From NCBI GenBank assembly GCA_034780895.1, contig JAUZTB010000066.1, positions 22,940,963 through 23,004,962 of the forward strand: a stretch of DNA of 64,000 bases. Direction: 5' to 3'. A program made the translations under genes and the position numbers. Under the pieces are notes generated by a model. The model was given only the letters and a program-made list of their open reading frames with translations, was not told the origin of the DNA and searched no databases. The DNA is from Rhynchobatus australiae (taxonomy: Eukaryota). Positions 25,651 to 37,909 of the stretch are shown here, one piece after another. Every line of letters starts with the position of its first letter. Within the stretch, counting starts at the first letter, position 1.

Positions 25651-28600
25651 GGCACAGTATATTCCTCTGGGTGGATAGTGACACATTATTAATTATAGCA
25701 AAACATAGATTTATAAATCAGAATCACATACCCCAAAGAGTGAATGAGCTTATTAGCAAGAACTTGTAAATGAAATATTTGTAAATTGAGGAAGACATGT
25801 CTCCTGCTGTTAATTTTTGAGTTTGCTTTTTTTCAAGTATACATTGCTGCCTTGCATTTATGTTGGTAAGTTGAGGAGACCAGATCATTTTTCAGACGTG
25901 GGATTAGAAGCATTCATTGAAATTGGCAGAATGTCGAGGGGAATGTCGAGATTCTGTCCCTGTAGTTTGTGTTGCCAGTTAGGACAGGTTTGGAAGCCAA
26001 TGATGGAGGTATCAATGTGGGAATGAAAGGCAAACTTACACTGGCAAACCACCAGGAGGACAGGGATGGAAGGGTTGTGGGGATGGGGAAAAGTGTTATT
26101 AGTGGCTTCTGATTATAGCTCAAACAAAAATAAGAGATGACCTCAGTAACTCTATCACTCACGGTTCTGCAATCGGAATGGATAGTATGGAATCCAGGAG
26201 TGGAATCTTTAAGAGAAGTGATGGCTCTTGTAAGATGAACATCATAATAATGGAGGTTTTGTTAGAACTTGCCTTTAGTTATATTTGGGAATTACAGGGA
26301 AACCATCATCGATAAAGTATTCCAATGAACAATGAATGCTTTTCTTGAAGTTGGTTTTAGAGATCTTGCATAAATGGATGCATTTTTGTGTTTTTTGACA
26401 GGATGCCAGATTTAAAGTGGAATTTCTATCGGTCCAGCCATGCAGTGCTGTGTGTATTGGGTTGATTTTAAATTCGATTGACTTCAGCAATGAGTTTTCT
26501 AAGATTAAAGTCTGATTTTAATAGATTAGGGAGACACAAAAGAGTAAAATTATAATGTGGTCAGAGCAGTTATTGAAACAAATACATATTGTTCTGGCAG
26601 AATTCTTAAGGGTGAGGTGTTGAAAAGCAGGAGAGAATGGAGTGTCTGAGACTGCAGCTGGAAGAGAGCCAACCTCATTGCCACAAGAGATTGCCTGTTT
26701 AAAGTGTTTTATTATATGTATGTGAACACTAGCTCTGTGATGTCTGGAAGGAATATTTTCATTTGGGTGAAATATTAGTGGTATTTTCAATCAAATGAAA
26801 ATATTAGTTCACGTTCTGGCCATGTGTGGCAGAGAATGTGCTACAAACAACTGGTATCAGACTCTCCCCAAGATAATGTATATTATGCTTTAGACTTACT
26901 GTCCTTCCATAAAATTGTAAAAATATTTTTGCTTTTTGATTATAGCCATAATAAAATTATAAAGGTAACCATTCCAGTACCCTTTTTTATATTTGCTTTC
27001 CCTCTAAGCTCACATCTTTGCCTGACCTGTGCTGTTAAGATCAATTTCTTTGGGGTAAAGTAGGTCCTGCCTTTCCATTGACATACACAGCTTGTTCAGC
27101 TGGTTAATATGTGTCAATAGAGAGTTAAGATTACAATTGGACGGTATGGAATCCTTTCAAGCAATCTTCCTTTGAATGTGATTGAAGCTCTGCACACCAC
27201 GAGTGCTGTGTTTATCCTTTGTGATCTGCTGCCCAGTACTTACATGTAGCAATAACAACCCATTCTATTTTAACACACATTTCAAAAGAGCATGTCCATC
27301 ATCACTGCTTTGATTTACCCTAGTGNNNNNNNNNNNNNNNNNNNNNNNNNNNNNNNNNNNNNNNNNNNNNNNNNNNNNNNNNNNNNNNNNNNNNNNNNNN
27401 NNNNNNNNNNNNNNNNNNNNNNNNNCCATCATCACTGCTTTGATTTACCCTATTGAAGAAAGTGGATAAAACAATTGATAGAAAAACAAAATACTTCGGA
27501 TGTTGGAAATATGAAATAACAGAAAGTGCTGGAAACCCTCAGCAGGTCAGGCAACATCTGTGGAGAGTGAAATAAGAGTTAACATTTCAGGGAGCATAAT
27601 AAGAAAATAAATGTTCTCCCTTCTAAAATAAAAGGCAGAAGAAATACCTACACTTACAAGGTATTGGAAAGGCTGATTAGGTTAGATTTTCCATCTATTA
27701 AAACATTTCCTTGCAGCGTGCATGTAAAAAGTTGATCCATTGGTGGAGACCAGATGTGCTCACACCAGGAGATCTGAGACATCTGTATTTTAATGCATCT
27801 TAAAAATACCTTGATCAAAAAAATTAGAACTGCATCCACTTTTTCTCACCCTTAGCTCAATGAAATCAGGATTACTTTCTGTAAAATATAAACTCTGTTT
27901 GCTTGGAACTTCTTGTTTATAGTCCTTTTTATTTTAACAGTTGAGATATGAATTTTAAATTCCCTTGTGAGAAAAGCCTGGTAAATCATTTGAGAAGATA
28001 GAATCTGTTGCACTTCATGTTATTTTTCCATCAATGTGAAGTATAATTTCACTGCCAAACAACCTGAACTTTAAATTGAGGGTCGTTTCTGAGCTAACGA
28101 GTATGTGCAGTTGAGAAAGATTGTTCACACTGCACTTGCCATACTCCTTAGGATGTCATTATGGCACTTGATCTGAAGCTCTCAGCATTTACAATAAATG
28201 GGACCTTCAAAACTTAATACACGTGAACTAAGTGATTATTTGAGTGCTGTTTTGTTTTGCGCTGATTACTATTTGCTCGAGGTCTAAACCCCCTGATCAA
28301 TGTGTCAATGTTGTCACAATATTGTTTTTTAATCAAAATCAGATTTTCAGCAAGTGTTGCAATTTTATATGACTTTGATACTGATGGTGAAACGTCAGAC
28401 ATTGACGGTGAGAGACCGCCACAATGCCAAGTTTGATCTGGAGTGCTTCCCGTAAGTGCAGTCCAAATGTGATAATACAAAACTTTATGACATCTGATTT
28501 ATATTATCAACTTTAAAAGCTTTTTCAGTTGTTGTTTCAAGAGACCCCAGAGAACCATAACTGTGAGTTAGCACATGATTTTATCTGTTATTTTCCTTTC

Positions 28601-29099
28601 ATGCACTCATTCTAAAATTCTGGTACACAGCCTTTGAGAAAATAAGGTCACAAATGCAAATAGATGGCAAAGCAGATTCTAATGGGAAGATTGTGTCTCG
28701 TACTAACTGGAAGTTTGCTGCTTTGTGGTTATCTTGCCTCTCTCCTACTGTCTTTGGGATTAATATGAAAAGATTAAATCCCGTATAAAGGAAAAATAAG
28801 AGGTGGGCTTCCCATATTTTATTTACAGTAAAATTTAACGAAGGACTGCATAGAACCTTGGATGTTTGGAGGACCCCAGAAGGCTTTGAGGCCTTTAGGT
28901 CTGTACCAGTCCCTTGCTGGATCAAAACAGAGCCAACTCTTCTGTTAAGCTTTCTGCAAGTAGACCTGACTAAATTATATTTCAAATAATTTATCTAACC
29001 TTCCTCAAAAACTTCCTCAGCTAATATTGTCCCTGCTCCAAAAATTACTGGATTAACTTGCTGACAACCATTTTATTTGTGGCATTTACATTTAAAAAA

Positions 29100-30090
29100 T
29101 ACCAATTGGGATTCACAGAGAATTAATTATGCAAAAGTGGATACAGGTCGCAAGCTAGGTATCAGAAGGGAGGCTAAGGGCATTGTCAAAGCATTTGAGG
29201 AGAGTGGTCAGAGAGCGTAAGGAATTTAGGGAAGAAGTTCCTGAATGTTGAGCCTAAACTGCCGATGGCATGCCTGGTGAAAAGAAGGGCAGGTGTACAA
29301 GAGTCCAGAGCTGGGGGAACATTATTCAGAGTGGGGAGTTTGCTCAACTGGAAAAGATATTACAGAAATTAGAGGAGTGGGTCTTTATGGAATTTCAAAA
29401 CAATAAGACTTTAAATTGGAAGTATTGGGAGATGAAGAGTCAATGGAGGCTTGCAAGGTGAGAAAAGATTGACTTATTGGCTTTGCTATTAATTAGGGCA
29501 TGAGTGGCGAAGTAAGGGAGGTCAGTCAGAAGAGTATTGTAATAGGGGAGAGGCTGCAGATGAATGTGAGAGGTGCAGTGTGTGATATTACCAAGGTGGT
29601 TGTGCGCCATCATTATGATGGTGAAAATAAGGGTTGGTAGCTTAGTTTGAACTTAAGTAGGACCCTTGGTGGCAAACAGACTGATTTCAGCCTGAAACAA
29701 TGACTGGATAGAGGAACAACTTTGGTCGCAGATGTACGTGTGGACTCTGGTAATAGTTTTGGCTTTTCTGTTGTTTAACTGAAAGGAATGGAGAACACAT
29801 TTTACTACAGATGTATTGGCTGTGATTTGGTATGTAGATTACACCTTAGCAATGGCAGTCCCCTGGACTTGGAGAACAGATGAGGTGCAGTGGAGGAGAA
29901 TGACAATTGTGTCAAAGATTGCTGAGAGTTCAAGGTGGAATAATGGATCACTGGTAACAAAAAAAAAGTTTGTATCTCTCTTCAGGGCCATTTTGGATGA
30001 AGGAGACTCAATTGATATGGGAAATATTGATTTGAAGAGGATGCAGGGACAGTTAAATCTTGGAGGATGGCAGGGACAGAGGGGCTGAGA
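29100..30090 (-). mobile_element. Old L2-type LINE remnant
   Basis: Purine-rich plus strand with L2 3'-end-like blocks (GAATTTAGGGAAGAAGTTCC..., TTTAAATTGGAAGTATTGG...AGTCAATGGAGG); no intact ORF. Confidence 0.5.
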
Positions 30091-31479
30091 ATGGATTTAT
30101 CCAAGAAGTATGACCAATGTTACACCCTAAATGAACAACTGCGAAGAAAGGATACGTGTAAAATTTACAACGATAAAAGTTTGGTGTAAATTACATTAAT
30201 TTTACTTTTAAGTTTAGATTATTTTGCACGAAGATGTAAAATGATGTGCCAGGAGGAAATGCTGCTCCACATTAATACAACTGTTGCACATTTGCTTATG
30301 GCCTGAAACTTTCTCATCCTTGTGTGTACTTGCACAACAGAGAAAAAGACCTTGGCTAGATTATATTGCACAAAAAAAGGAAGTATTGGTTGTTGCTTTT
30401 GTTTGAATACTGACTAAAAATATATGAGGTATCAGAATGGAATGGGAACATGATGTGGAAAAAATATCAGCTATTCCTTCATAAATAATGGAAGCCTGCA
30501 GAGCGGCACAGAAATGATAGTGGAAGTGAGACAGATTATGGTGGATGTGGTTAGGCCAGAGAGTCAAAAGTCTATTTATCTTGCCAGGTTATTATGCTGA
30601 TAGTTTTCCTTGAAAAGAATATGGACTCATTTGAGCCAAAAGTGGCTTGATATGAATTAATGATGGATGAGAGAATTGCCAGGTTTAGAAATATTGATCG
30701 ATCACAAGAAGCCAATGCTCCATTGTGGAATCACAACCATATTTTTCTCCCTTTCTCTGGCCCCTTTGTATATAAGAAGTATAACCTGCTGATATTAAAA
30801 GAAATGTCACAAAAGCTGGCATACATATATTTTATGCCTCATCAATCTCAAAAATGTCTCAAACTACTTCATCTGCATTGAATGGCAATGGCTTTTACTA
30901 TGCCAGTAAATTCTATTGTGAAGAATACAGAGAAATTATACATTCTATCATGGACCCATTCACAGGTTGAAGTGAACTATGCTTTTGAGATATTTGAGTC
31001 AGATTTCTTCTAATATAAATTACTGTCTGACCAAGCTTTGATGTCGATTATATTACAAAATCCGTGGTATGATTTTCTCATAAGCATTTACTAACAACAC
31101 TCCTCCATGCACCTATGATGTATTTTATAATTATTGGCAAATCTACTGTTGCTAACACTGAACCAGAACCAGATCATGTATTGAACATAAAAGATAACAG
31201 GAAATGTTCAGTTGCTTTGTTTGTATGTGAAGTGTCTGGTTTGATTGCAAATGTCACCAACTGAGTGGAGTAAGAATTGATAAAATTCAAGCTTAGTGAA
31301 TGAAAATCTATTTGTATTCCCAGCAGGTGTCCTTATTCAGTTCAGTCTTTAAGATGTATGGGCTTGGACATGAGGTTATCGTCAGACTGGGCTCAGTTTT
31401 GAAATCTAGGAGAGAGGCGTAACTTGTTGAGTAACACATTTAGTGTGTGCCTAAGGTTCAGTGGGAGAATTCTCATGGC

Positions 31480-31795
31480 TGTAACCAAATAGTTGTAGTT
31501 CCAATCTCCAATCCAGAAAGCCTAGGCTGACACTTCAATGCAGCACTGAGGAGGGCTGCAAGGTTGGATATGCTGTGATTTTGTCTGAGGGGGCTTCATG
31601 TGATACTTGCTACCTGAGCTGCATGTTCAAATCCTGTTCTGCTACTTTGAAGGAAAGCAACAGAATTATCCTCAGTGCCCTGACCAGTATTTGTGTCTCA
31701 ATGATTATTTCTGGTTAAACATCACGTTGGCATTTGTGTATTCAACATTTTTAAAGCAATTGGGAACATTGAAGGTGCAAAATAAATGCAAGTAT
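31480..31795 (+). mobile_element. DeuSINE-superfamily SINE remnant
   Basis: TAGGCTGACACTTCAATGCAGCACTGAGG...CTACTTTGAAGGAAAGCA...GTGCCCTGACCAGTATTT, colinear with 40340-40700. Confidence 0.65.
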
Positions 31796-32354
31796 TAACT
31801 TACTTCATGCTGTTCTGATTTATGGTCAATTGTGTCAATTTATGCCAGCAAGGTCCCACAAATGTTAATGAGTTTGGGCATTGCTGATTGAAGAAGGAAT
31901 GTTGGCCATTCAAGGGTCAGCCGAGATTATGAACTAGAGTACTGTGGCTGAATCCAAAATATTCTGTTTTAGCTGTGACTGACTTCTCAGCCAATCAGAC
32001 ACATCAATATGGTTTGGAAAATAATTGCTGTCTTGTATTACACTGTAAAACAGCTACTTGNNNNNNNNNNNNNNNNNNNNNNNNNNNNNNNNNNNNNNNN
32101 ACCCAATGTATGTCAGTATTTGTACTGTAACAAATAAAAATATAGAAAGGGAAATCTGGTTGTGGAGTTGAATTGGTTGATATTCTTAGAGTATTACTGA
32201 GGTTTGTAAATTTGTGAGAATTTACTGCACGGGTATAGTGATCATTGCAGCCATTACAATGAATTAATACCTGGTGAAGTAATTTATCTAGCCTTCTCTG
32301 GTAAATTAATTGAAAAAGTGAATCCCTTGTGAAGTATTATTGACCTTATTGATA

Positions 32355-32765
32355 TTGAAGACATGATCTTATTGAAATGTATAGGATTCCTACAGGGCAT
32401 GATAGGGTAGATGTTGAGGCGTTTCCACTGATGGGAGAATCTTGAATGAGGGAGGCAAAGGTACTCGATTAGAGGGTGGTCATTTAAAGTTGAGGTGCTT
32501 TGGAACTTCTCACAGAGGGTGGTGAATCTGTGGAATTCTCTAGTCCGGAATGTTGTAGACACCAGATTACTGGGGGTATTCAAAAAGGAAATAGGTACAT
32601 TTCTGAGAAATCAGGGAGTTGAGGGTTATGCGGATCTGGCTCAGAAGAGATGAAATCTGGGACAGAACAGCCATGATCATATTGACTGGCAGGGCAGGCC
32701 TGAGGGGCTGAGTTACCTACTCCTGCTTCTGTTTTCTTATGTTCCATGTCATTATGTTCTATGGC
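32355..32765 (+). mobile_element. 5'-truncated CR1 LINE 3' end
   Basis: DLIExYxI...DRVD...FSQRVVNLWNSL motifs; tail CAGCCATGATCATATTGACTGGC...CCTACTCCTGCT...TATGTTC repeats. Confidence 0.85.
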
Positions 32766-33100
32766 CCATGGCCAGACAGTGTTCACTCTTTCATGGAACC
32801 CATTTGAAGGAAGTATGGTAGATTTGGTTTCTTTGATTGGTGGTGTGGATTGAATCACATTGATGTTGCATTCATTTGGAGTTTAGTTTATTTTTTGGAC
32901 TAAATTTTGTCTTGACAGATGCAAATCTAAATATAGGAGACGAAAAAGTAAAACTAGCTGCCAACTGAGCATGTTCCCGTTCTGAAACCTCTACCTTTGT
33001 GTGTGTGATGGAAGTAAATCATTTAATTGAGGGTTTACCTGTAAGAAAGACCAGTGTTTGGAGTGTTAATAGCTGAAAATAGGGAGCATTTGCAGCTATT

Positions 33101-33185
33101 AATAGGGCACATCAAAAGCCTAGTCTTAACCTCAGCTTCAACTGCGCACTGCAAGGTTAAGACTAGGCTTTTGATGTGTCCTGTT
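33101..33185. repeat. Inverted repeat/hairpin with a perfect 25-bp core stem and 21-nt loop
   Basis: CACATCAAAAGCCTAGTCTTAACCT (33108-33132) is the exact reverse complement of 33154-33178. Confidence 0.95.
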
Positions 33186-33297
33186 GTGAAGAGCATTGGC
33201 CAGTTGCAGGGAAGTTGGTTTTGGAACAAGAGGTGGATCGGGACATCCCAAGGAGACTTATATTGAATACATAACAGGACATTGCCAGAATTAGGCA

Positions 33298-33480
33298 AGA
33301 GCAAGTCGAGTTTATTGTCATGTGCATAAGTACAGGTAGGTACAGGTTCAGTAAAAAAAAACTTACTTGCAGCAGCATCACAGGCACATAAGTGCACTAA
33401 GCATACAGAATATAAACTATACAAGACAGTGAAAAGAGAGAAAAAGACTGCAAAAATAAGACATTAGTTGAAAAAAACCA
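33298..33480 (-). mobile_element. Rex1-family 3' UTR-only insertion
   Basis: AAGTCGAGTTTATTGTCATGTGCATAAGTACA...ACTTGCAGCAGCATCACAGGCACA aligns with 37553-37640. Confidence 0.75.
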
Positions 33481-33494
33481 TGTACAGGAAATAA

Positions 33495-34070
33495 TCAATA
33501 AAACAAATAGGATGTTGGGCTTTCTATCCAAAGGATGAGAATATCAGGAGGCAGAAGTTATGCCACAAATGTACAATGTCCTAACAACACCATATCTGGC
33601 CTATTATGAGCATTTCTGGGCACCACACTGTAGGAAGGGTGCATTTTGCTTTGTGGAAACACAGCTTAGGTTCACCAGAATGATGTTTGGACTCCAAAGG
33701 TTAAATTAAGAGGATTCTATTCCTTAAGATTTAGAATTTAAGTGGTGATTCGATTGAAGCCTTCAGGATGTTAATGGGAATTGAGAGGATAGCTGAGAGA
33801 GATTATTAACACACATTAGTAAATCCAAGAGAGGGTGGCATTACCCTAGCCTAGGAATGAGGTTAAGAATCTGCAAAGGATTGTTGATGTTTGAGTTTCT
33901 TCCTTAAATGGCAGTTGATGCTGATTCATTTGTTAATTTTATCTCTTGAGTCATAGATATTCATTAATTAGAAAGACGTTTATTGATCAAAGATATTAAA
34001 GGATCTGGAATATTGTACAGCGAGTTAGGTCAAAATCTCATTGAATAACTGAGATTGAATTCTGTTAAAA
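33495..34070 (+). mobile_element. Old CR1 LINE 3' fragment
   Basis: KxNRMLGF...EVMPQMYxxLxxPxLxY...FWAPHxRK...RFTRM remnants. Confidence 0.7.
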
Positions 34071-34482
34071 GGCATCTGGTGCTTCCATGTTCCCAAATTT
34101 CTGCAGAGGGACTCTCAGAGTCTGGCTGAGGATCCAAAATGGCTTTATTCACCTCTCCAATCTACTTGTTTACCAATAGTGTGATAAATGGCACATGCTT
34201 CCCGTGGATCACTAAGATTCAGGAAAAGATATAGTTGATAAATATACTGATTGTGATTCATACAAGGCTGCTCTAGTTCTGAGTCCTATACCACCAGAGA
34301 GCAGGAAACAACTCCCTTGAAGTTGTATTTTACCTCACTGAAGAATTCTGAAACTAAGAAAATGATTGATCTGTGGGAAATCTAATATTTAGTTACATTC
34401 CTACAATGGCCAATCCTCAAACAAAAGCAAGAACATAGACTGCAAGCAGGAATATCCTGGGAATGCCCAATGGCATTTTAAA

Positions 34483-34602
34483 AAGAGACCAGTTAACCTT
34501 TGCAAATGTAACCCTTTGTTGGGATGGAAAGCTGGAAAGTAAGAGACCAGTTAACCTTTGCAAATGTAACCCTTTGTTGGGATGGAAAGCTGGAAAGTAA
34601 GA
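34483..34602. repeat. Perfect tandem duplication of a 58-bp unit
   Basis: AAGAGACCAGTTAACCTTTGCAAATGTAACCCTTTGTTGGGATGGAAAGCTGGAAAGT at 34483-34540 and 34541-34598, followed by AAGA. Confidence 0.95.
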
Positions 34603-36399
34603 TTAAAGGACCAAGAGGACGAATGTGTACAAATCACAAAGGGGGTGTTACTGGGCTGGATGATCTGCTAACCATCTAATAGCAAAGTAATACATCGGCA
34701 GTGATTTAAAACAAATCAGATCACTCTGGTAATTGCAAAGATATTAAAATGACAGGAACAATATAAGCAGAAAGGTGATGGATTACATTGAGGGTGAAAT
34801 TGCAGAAGGCATATCACGAAATCTTAAAATATGAGAAGCACAGCTTGTCTTCCAGTCTGGCAATTGGAGAAGGAAATCTCGGCCTGTATCCAGACCTCGC
34901 CCTCACTTCCACTCACAGAACTCCCAGACTGATTGAAGATAACTTTGGAAACTTATCCCTTCTATCCTCCCCCCCCCACCCCAAAGATGGACACATCCCA
35001 CCCTCCCGGCAACACTCACTGTAAAGGAAATGGAAGATTTGGGTCCGAAGGTGTTAGGAATGCAGGAATGCCTCAGAGAAAGACAGCAGTGCATAGAGAA
35101 ATTCAAAGACAGGTTGGAATTGGAATGAGGAGTGCAAGTTGAAAGGGTGAGCCACAGATACAGAACCATGTTCAGGAGGATGATTAATTCAGCATTTAGT
35201 AATTTTTTTAAAGGAACCAATGTGGATCAAAATCAACAATGGTGAAAGTGTGAACACTAATTAAATCATCACTGCGCTGATTCTTCATACACTTCTTGAC
35301 CCTGTTCTGTTCACTGACGTGGCTGCTTTGAAGCCCAGATTAGCGGTGAATATTCAGGAAACCAGTTTACCCACTTATTCCAAAACTGATTTATTTGGTA
35401 CTTGCCTTACAGAATGCGTTGGCTGTGAGAGAATGTTTTTCCTGGAACCTTGACTGAAGCACTTTTCACTAAACACCAGAGGTGGAGTCATGATTATTCA
35501 TTGCTGGAGAAATCATCGCTCCTTGATTTATCACAGTTTAGTTGTAACTTAAAATCCCACACTGTTTCCAATATTTATCACATCTCTATTTCATTTTGAT
35601 GGGAGCTGGCAGCACCCTGAGCATCAGTAGCCAGAAAAAACAAAATTCTTGCAGCAAACTCAGTTTCAGCACCCTAAGGATTATATTAATGAATGTTCTT
35701 ATGCACGGGGTTAGCTGTACAGTTCATTGATTTACTACTGTCCTCTCGGAAGCTCAAGTCCTTGTATTACTGAAGCCAAACACTTGGGACTACATTTTTG
35801 TTAAAAAAAAGTTTGCTGATACTTGTCTCTTTATATTTCTTGATACGAGTCATTTGGCACTGCATTTGGGAGCTGGCTGGCCTAGGTGGTGAATAATACC
35901 ATGTCTGTACCGATTACATCATATGGTCAGCTAAGGTAGGACTTGCAGGGTGCAGGGAGGTCAGGTTCGCTTAATATTGTATCAGGTGAGTCGATGGTTA
36001 TCCTTGTCCCTCCACAGTGACAGATCACTTGCTCCTGGAAGGGTGAGGAAGGCTCTGTAGTCACAAGGGTTTAAAGAGGCCACCACTTTTATTGAGTCAT
36101 CAGGGGCCTAGTGAAGATGCACCTTTACTTTGAACAAAATACAGTCAAGACAATCTGTGGCCTTTGTTATCAGTTGGTCATCTAAAAACTGGCTCTGTTT
36201 AACACTTCCATTAGAGTCCAAAAAATATAGTGCAATAACATCCAGACAGAACCAAATCATGGCTGTTCTCTTCTTGTTAATATGGTGTAATCTCCAGTGG
36301 AATTTTCTGGTACTTTTCTGACTTAAGTGCATGAAGGACTAAATGTGCCACCATATGGGAAGAAAGGTTTATAATTGAAGAGAGAGTACATTATGGAAG

Positions 36400-36860
36400 A
36401 AAGCCATTTCATCTTGTTTGACTCACCAATCCTTTCCCCTTATTCCTGAATCTTTATTTCTCTTCCAAGTATTTTTCCAATTCCTTTTTGAAAGTTACCA
36501 ATAAATTCATATTTATCAACTTGTTATTAACTATTCATTCCATTAGCAAAATGTTATTCCTTCCATTGCATCTGATTCATTCCCCATTCACCTTGAATTC
36601 ATTCCCTTTCATTTTCAACTCTTAAGCTGTTATAAACAGTTCTTCATTATTCTATCTAAATCTCTTATGATTTTAAATACCCCTATCGAATTTCCTCGCC
36701 ACCTTCTAAGAGCAACCCCAGCTTCTCCGGTTTGTAACTTTAATCCCAATCTAGTCACTTTCCTTTGTTCCCTCTCCAAAACCGTCATATTCTTCTTAAG
36801 AGCAGTGGCCAGAATTGAACAAAAGCTCTGGTTGAAGCCAGACTAATGCTTTACATAGCC
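36400..36860 (-). mobile_element. Old CR1 LINE 3' fragment
   Basis: Plus strand GGCCAGAATTGAACAAAAGCTCTGGTTGAAGCCAGACTAATGCTTTACA is the reverse of YKALVxxQxExxVQFWP. Confidence 0.55.
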
Positions 36861-37114
36861 ACAATATTCTGCTTTGTGACTACAATAAATCTGAAATAAA
36901 AACAGGAAAACTGGGAACATTCAGTGATCAGGCAAGGTCTCTAGAGAGAGAAACAAAGTTAGCTACCTAGTAATTCCTTTGCACAACTCCAAAGAAAAAG
37001 TGTTCTGCAGATGAAAATTGGCTTAAGTGAGAATAGAACAACATTGTATTAATTTCAGGGATCATGGCGCCTGCTTGGGAAACTTGACTCCTAGTTATTT
37101 TGTGGGATTTTAAT

Positions 37115-37320
37115 TTATTTTCTTTATTCATTGTTTGGAATTAGGTGTTGGTTGCAAGGCCAGTATTTATTGCCCATCCCCAGTTGTCTTTTAACTGACT
37201 GGTTACCATACCATTTCAGGGGGTGTTTACGAGTTATCCACAATGGTTGGCCTGGAGTTACGCATTAGCCTGACTGGCTAAGGATGCTCTGAAGGACATT
37301 AGTGAAGCAAAGATCTTTTG
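37115..37320 (-). mobile_element. Reverse partial copy of the same SINE family
   Basis: TTTATTCATT...GCAAGGCCAGTATTTATTGCCCATCCCCAGTTG...CTGAAGGACATTAGTGAA. Confidence 0.6.
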
Positions 37321-37544
37321 TGTGGGGTTAGCATAACTGAAGCATTTGAGAGGATGGACCTTTCACCTAATATTGGCAAGAGAAGGTCCTCTGTCAGCCT
37401 TACCACTGTGTATCTCAGAAGCTTTCTTAATGAAGATGAACAATGATGATTAAAATCACCATTGCCATCAAAGTACCAGCACGGTTTTTGGTTCTTTGAG
37501 GAAATTGATGTTTGAAGATTAAAACCTCAAATCTACACAAAACT

Positions 37545-37909
37545 CATAGTCAAAGTCGAGTTTATTGTCATATGCACAAGTACATGTATGCACAGATGCA
37601 ATGAAAATCTCACTTGCAGCAGTTTTACCGGCACACAGCATCATATAAGTGGCATTCACAAGAATAACATAAATTAAAAATTATGCACAATTTTTACAAG
37701 AAAGTAATACAATTAGAAAAAAAAAACAAGTCCATTTTAGTGCCAAGTGACCAGAGTGGTCATACTGTTGCTAAACTGTAGTGGTGGTTAGAGTTTTGCC
37801 ACTTGGTTCAACAACTGAATGGTTGAAGGGAAGTAGTTGTTCTTGAACCTGATGGTGTGGGACTTCAGGCTTCTGTACCTCCGGTCTGATGGTAGCTGCA
37901 AGAAGATGG
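37545..37909 (-). mobile_element. Rex1/Babar LINE 3' end (continues into gap 37910-38563)
   Basis: Minus strand FLQLPSDRRYRSLKSHTIRFKNNYFPSTIQLLN matches the Rex1 C-terminal motif LLPSGRRYRS...RFKNSFFP.AI.LLN; tail ends ACAATAAACTCGACT. Confidence 0.85.
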
